From contig NC_081363.1 of the NCBI RefSeq assembly GCF_030684315.1, positions 39,354,200 through 39,418,199 of the forward strand: a stretch of 64,000 nucleotides of DNA, read 5' to 3'. Both the position numbers and the translations under genes were made by a program. This document shows positions 60,111 through 64,000 of this stretch, in pieces. Every line of letters begins with the position of its first letter. Within the stretch, counting starts at the first letter, position 1. A model generated the notes under the pieces. It did no database searches and was not told the DNA's origin. It saw only the letters and a list, made by a program, of their open reading frames with translations. Source of the DNA: Stegostoma tigrinum. Taxonomy: Eukaryota.

Positions 60111-63100
60111 GTCATTGGCAAACTGCAGACTACTGTCAGCGAAAACTAAATCAACACGTAAGTAGTATTTATATTAATAAGGATTATGATAAACAGTATT
60201 GAAGTGGGGCCATGCAGTTATTTGACATTGATTCATCAAGAGCAATACGTATAAGCAGGAATGTTTTGCCCTTGAACATAAAAAAAAGCTGAGAGCAAAG
60301 ATGTCACCAGTGATTCCTCATGGCCTTGTCTCCAAATGGCATAAGTACTACAAAAAACAATTGTGTTCAATAACCTTGAAGATTTGTGGGTACCAAACTG
60401 AATTGTGAGCCCTGGCCCTGCTCTTGAATATGCCCAGGCACCCCTGGTGTAACCACTGTGGTGTGTTTAGCTTGAAGGCTCCAGGAATTATGGCTCTTTC
60501 ATTGGAGACTAACAAGGCATCCAAAAGGCTGATGTGCATACAGAACCGTGTGCCCACTGCCACCCCATTTTGAATTGTTTTCAACATTCCGGCGGCCCTC
60601 CTATCTCCACATTTAGCTGATGGCTGATAGAGATCATTAGCAAAGAAATTAAAATTTGCCGCAGATCTGTGCTGAATTTGTACTGATCTCTTATAGGAAA
60701 ATACCATAAACTAAAATCTGAATCAATGGCCTTAATAATGCTTTCATATTTGGCAGTCTCTTTTGGTCTCCTGCCAACTGCATACAACATACTCTAAACT
60801 AATCCTCATCGATCTTCCAATTTAGCCCAGTGGTGGACTCCTACCTGTTGATGTGATGCAGTACCCAACCAGGTTGGGCTCACCACATTGCCTAAGTGCT
60901 TGGGAAGAGGTAAGGCATGCTGAACTGCTCCTCTAAATCATTGTCAGGCTTCTGTAATGGTGAGCTGCTTTGATTACTGAATTTTTGCAGGCAAACACTT
61001 TTCACTTTCCCACCCTTTATTAACATTGAGTGGGATTCCTCGTAAATGGCTGTCAGCCTGCACATCACAACTGTCACCATGTAGAGATCTCGCAAACAGC
61101 TTGTGGGAGCCTCTGACGGACGAGGGCTGGACACGACACTTGGGCAAACTGATGTCCATGTGATCACTGACAGTGCAGTCTAGCTATTAGCATACAGCAC
61201 ATACTACCTAAATATTTGTATTGTAACAATGCAGTTGGCATGGAGTCACGACATAGATGATAGGAATGAAATGTTAACTAACTTAAATCCAATCCACTTC
61301 CACACACAGTTAAAGTCAGGAACAGAAACAGAAATTGTTGGAAAATCTCAGCAGGTTTGACAGGAGTCAGCTAGAAAAAAGCTTTTTATGTTAAAGTCAG
61401 ACCCTCATAAACATTTGGGCTGTGCATTTCCAGTATGATCTGCTGAAAGAATTTGAGAAGCTCTGACCAGTGGTTTATACAACTACCTCTTTCTATAATA
61501 GCTCTGCTGGCTGCCAAAGCCTTTTCTGCTTAACCTGAATATAATGCAAGGGTCATTTTCCCTGAAGAACTGATATACTGTCCGATGGGACTCTTCACCA
61601 ATGAATTTTTGTTTCTGTTTTGCTGTCATCTCTGTTAGATATGAATGTACTCGACTGGTGCTGTTTGAAGAATAAGCTGTAGAATTCATCTTCAAATCAA
61701 GGTATGAAACTATGATTGAACAAATTGCAAAAGAATGATGACTGCACTTCAAGCTTATGATGCAGCAGTCAACAGCACCACCTGCTGAAATCGTAGAGGA
61801 CCATGCAGGACCTTGATCTCATTAACATTGAAAATTTGATTGGAGAGCAATTAATTGAATTAGGTTTGTAGTCACATGTACTCACATGAGGACAGTGAAA
61901 AGTTTACAATTCACCACTAACAGTGCCATCTTAGTTAGAAAGATGCCTAGGCACAGAATCTTAGTTACAAAGCAGAAAATAAGGGAAACAAAGTTAAAAA
62001 ATTAAATGTTACAGTCCTTCCTACTGAAAAGTAGAAAAACAAAGAGATATGGTTAACAGTCAACATCACAGTCTATAAGTGCCTGCCCATACCACGCTCA
62101 CACTCCTCACAAGGGCTCAACCTTCTCTGCTTCAGGCCCAAGGCTTTCCCCTTGCTGTCTCTGTTAGGCTGTATTATTGAGCGGCATTGCAGGGAAACAG
62201 AACAAGGAGATGTAGTTTGTTTGTCATCTCTGTAGGTAACCAAGGCAACTAAGGATGGGCAATAAATGCTAAAGTTTCTGGATTTGTTTTGTATCGGGAA
62301 AAAAGTACTCAGAGCCACAGGAATGTACAGATCAAATTGATGGAGAAAACTGCACAAACAACATGGCTAGTAACATTATTGAAGATCAGGGCAATTGTTC
62401 CTGATATTTTGGGTGCTAAAGAACCAATGTGACCAAGGTGGGAAGATACCAGTTAAGCACATGCTTAACACAAGGCACCATCAAGAACAGCCTTCAGCAG
62501 GATTGTTAAAAAAAGTACTTGCTTCTTAAAATGCCTGCTAACATTAAAGAGGCTGCTTGGCACTCTGTTGACTAAGATGGTTTTAATCAACCCATTTAGA
62601 CATGTTCCCTGCACCTCTGGAACATGAGGGAATTGAACACAAGTCTTTGTGAATCACAGTTTGGAATGCTACTGTGAGCTGCAAAAGCTCTTATTTTGGT
62701 GGCTTGCGCTTAAACAAACTGAATGGAAGTAAACGAATTGTTGCTGAGGATTGTGAGTGTTACTTCAAAGTATATTACTTTTTACAGTTCACTCGTTGCC
62801 AGAGGTTTGTGGATGGAATACCCTTTATAAATACATTAGAAGACATCCTGAAAGACTTTGAGAAAACTTAATCAGTATTAACATTTAGTTTGGATATTCA
62901 CTGAAGCCTTTACCCAAAAGTAATGCTGTGCCATTCTTCTTGACTGGACACTTTATAGTCACTAACAGAAAGGGAGTGCAGGTGCGTCAACACTTTACTC
63001 GGGATGGGCAATAAACGCTAGCCCAGCCAGCAACGCCCATTTCACATGAATGAATAAAAAAACCTTGTCACTAAAATTTTGGTTTTGCTTCAAAATACTG

Positions 63101-64000
63101 ATTCTTTTCTGTATCACCTTCTGTTTACGGGAGGAGTGGGAGGAGAAAATGCAACCAGGTAGAACAACATCAGCTGCTATGGGATAGAGAGAGACACCCC
63201 ACAAGTATACATCATCTCTATTCCTCACCAAAGACCTCCAGTGTCTTGAATGAGAATCTTTGTGTCCTTTCCGTCAGTCCCTGAATTATTTTAAAACGTG
63301 CTGCTATCAGACAGCAAATTTCACACTTCCAGTGGAATCGGATGGACCTGCACTTCTCTACAAAAAAATTATCTAATCAATGCTTCAGTGTAAAATATGC
63401 AGATGGTTACTTAGAACCTCAAGGCAAGCTCACATGATGGCCATAAGCACCTGAATTAGATGCTAAAACCAGATTTTCAGACAGGTGTGTTTTACTAATG
63501 CAGCATTAATTTGACTACTGTTCTCACTATTTCATCTAAGTAAACCCCCAGAATTTTGTTTAGAGAACTAGGCTACTGGCTACAATCACACACTGAAAGT
63601 GGATGTGAATCATATACTTGCAAATGCCAGGTAATGCAAACAAACAAGTTATATGTCAGTCTTCTCTCAAAGCTATCATCACAGTTCGCATCTTTTTTGA
63701 AGCAAAGTTTGCACATGCTAGTTCTGGCATCACTTGTTAAATACAAACGTTGGCATCTATCCAATGATTACTGAAACAACACAGTTTTGAGTGTTTCTTG
63801 TATTACATTTGTATATCTTATATCTTCCTACCAATAATGCCATTTTAAAGCCATTGCAGTTTTGTGTGCATTTGTTTGTTATTGGGATGTGAGTGTTGCA
63901 GGAAAGGCCAAGATTAATGAAGGCCCACCTCTGACTGCCCTTGAGAAACTGGCGTAGTTGAACTGTTGAACAGTTACAGTTTTTCTGGTGTAGCTACAAT

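Overview
Repeat-dominated vertebrate genomic DNA, almost certainly a shark (inferred from HE1-type V-SINE, Deu-domain SINEs, dense CR1-type LINEs and Penelope-like elements). The only host gene I can support is the first coding exon of CDC42BPB (MRCK-beta) on the minus strand (4548-4374), with its CpG-island promoter (~4850-5230) and the start of intron 1 running off the left edge. A ~1.45 kb 62-bp-period satellite lies directly upstream of the promoter. The remaining ~57 kb is intergenic: nested CR1, Rex1/Babar and RTE LINE fragments, SINEs, and decayed hAT, Harbinger and Gypsy remnants. The most interesting signal is a set of young Penelope-like (GIY-YIG) insertions and short fold-back derivatives. 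Seven have 11-17 bp target-site duplications, and three separate families carry minimal type-I hammerhead ribozyme motifs. One composite insertion fuses a ribozyme-intact arm and a ribozyme-dead arm from different subfamilies inside a single TSD. Nearly all ORFs in the supplied track are repeat fragments or spurious. Repeat boundaries are approximate, read by eye without database searches.
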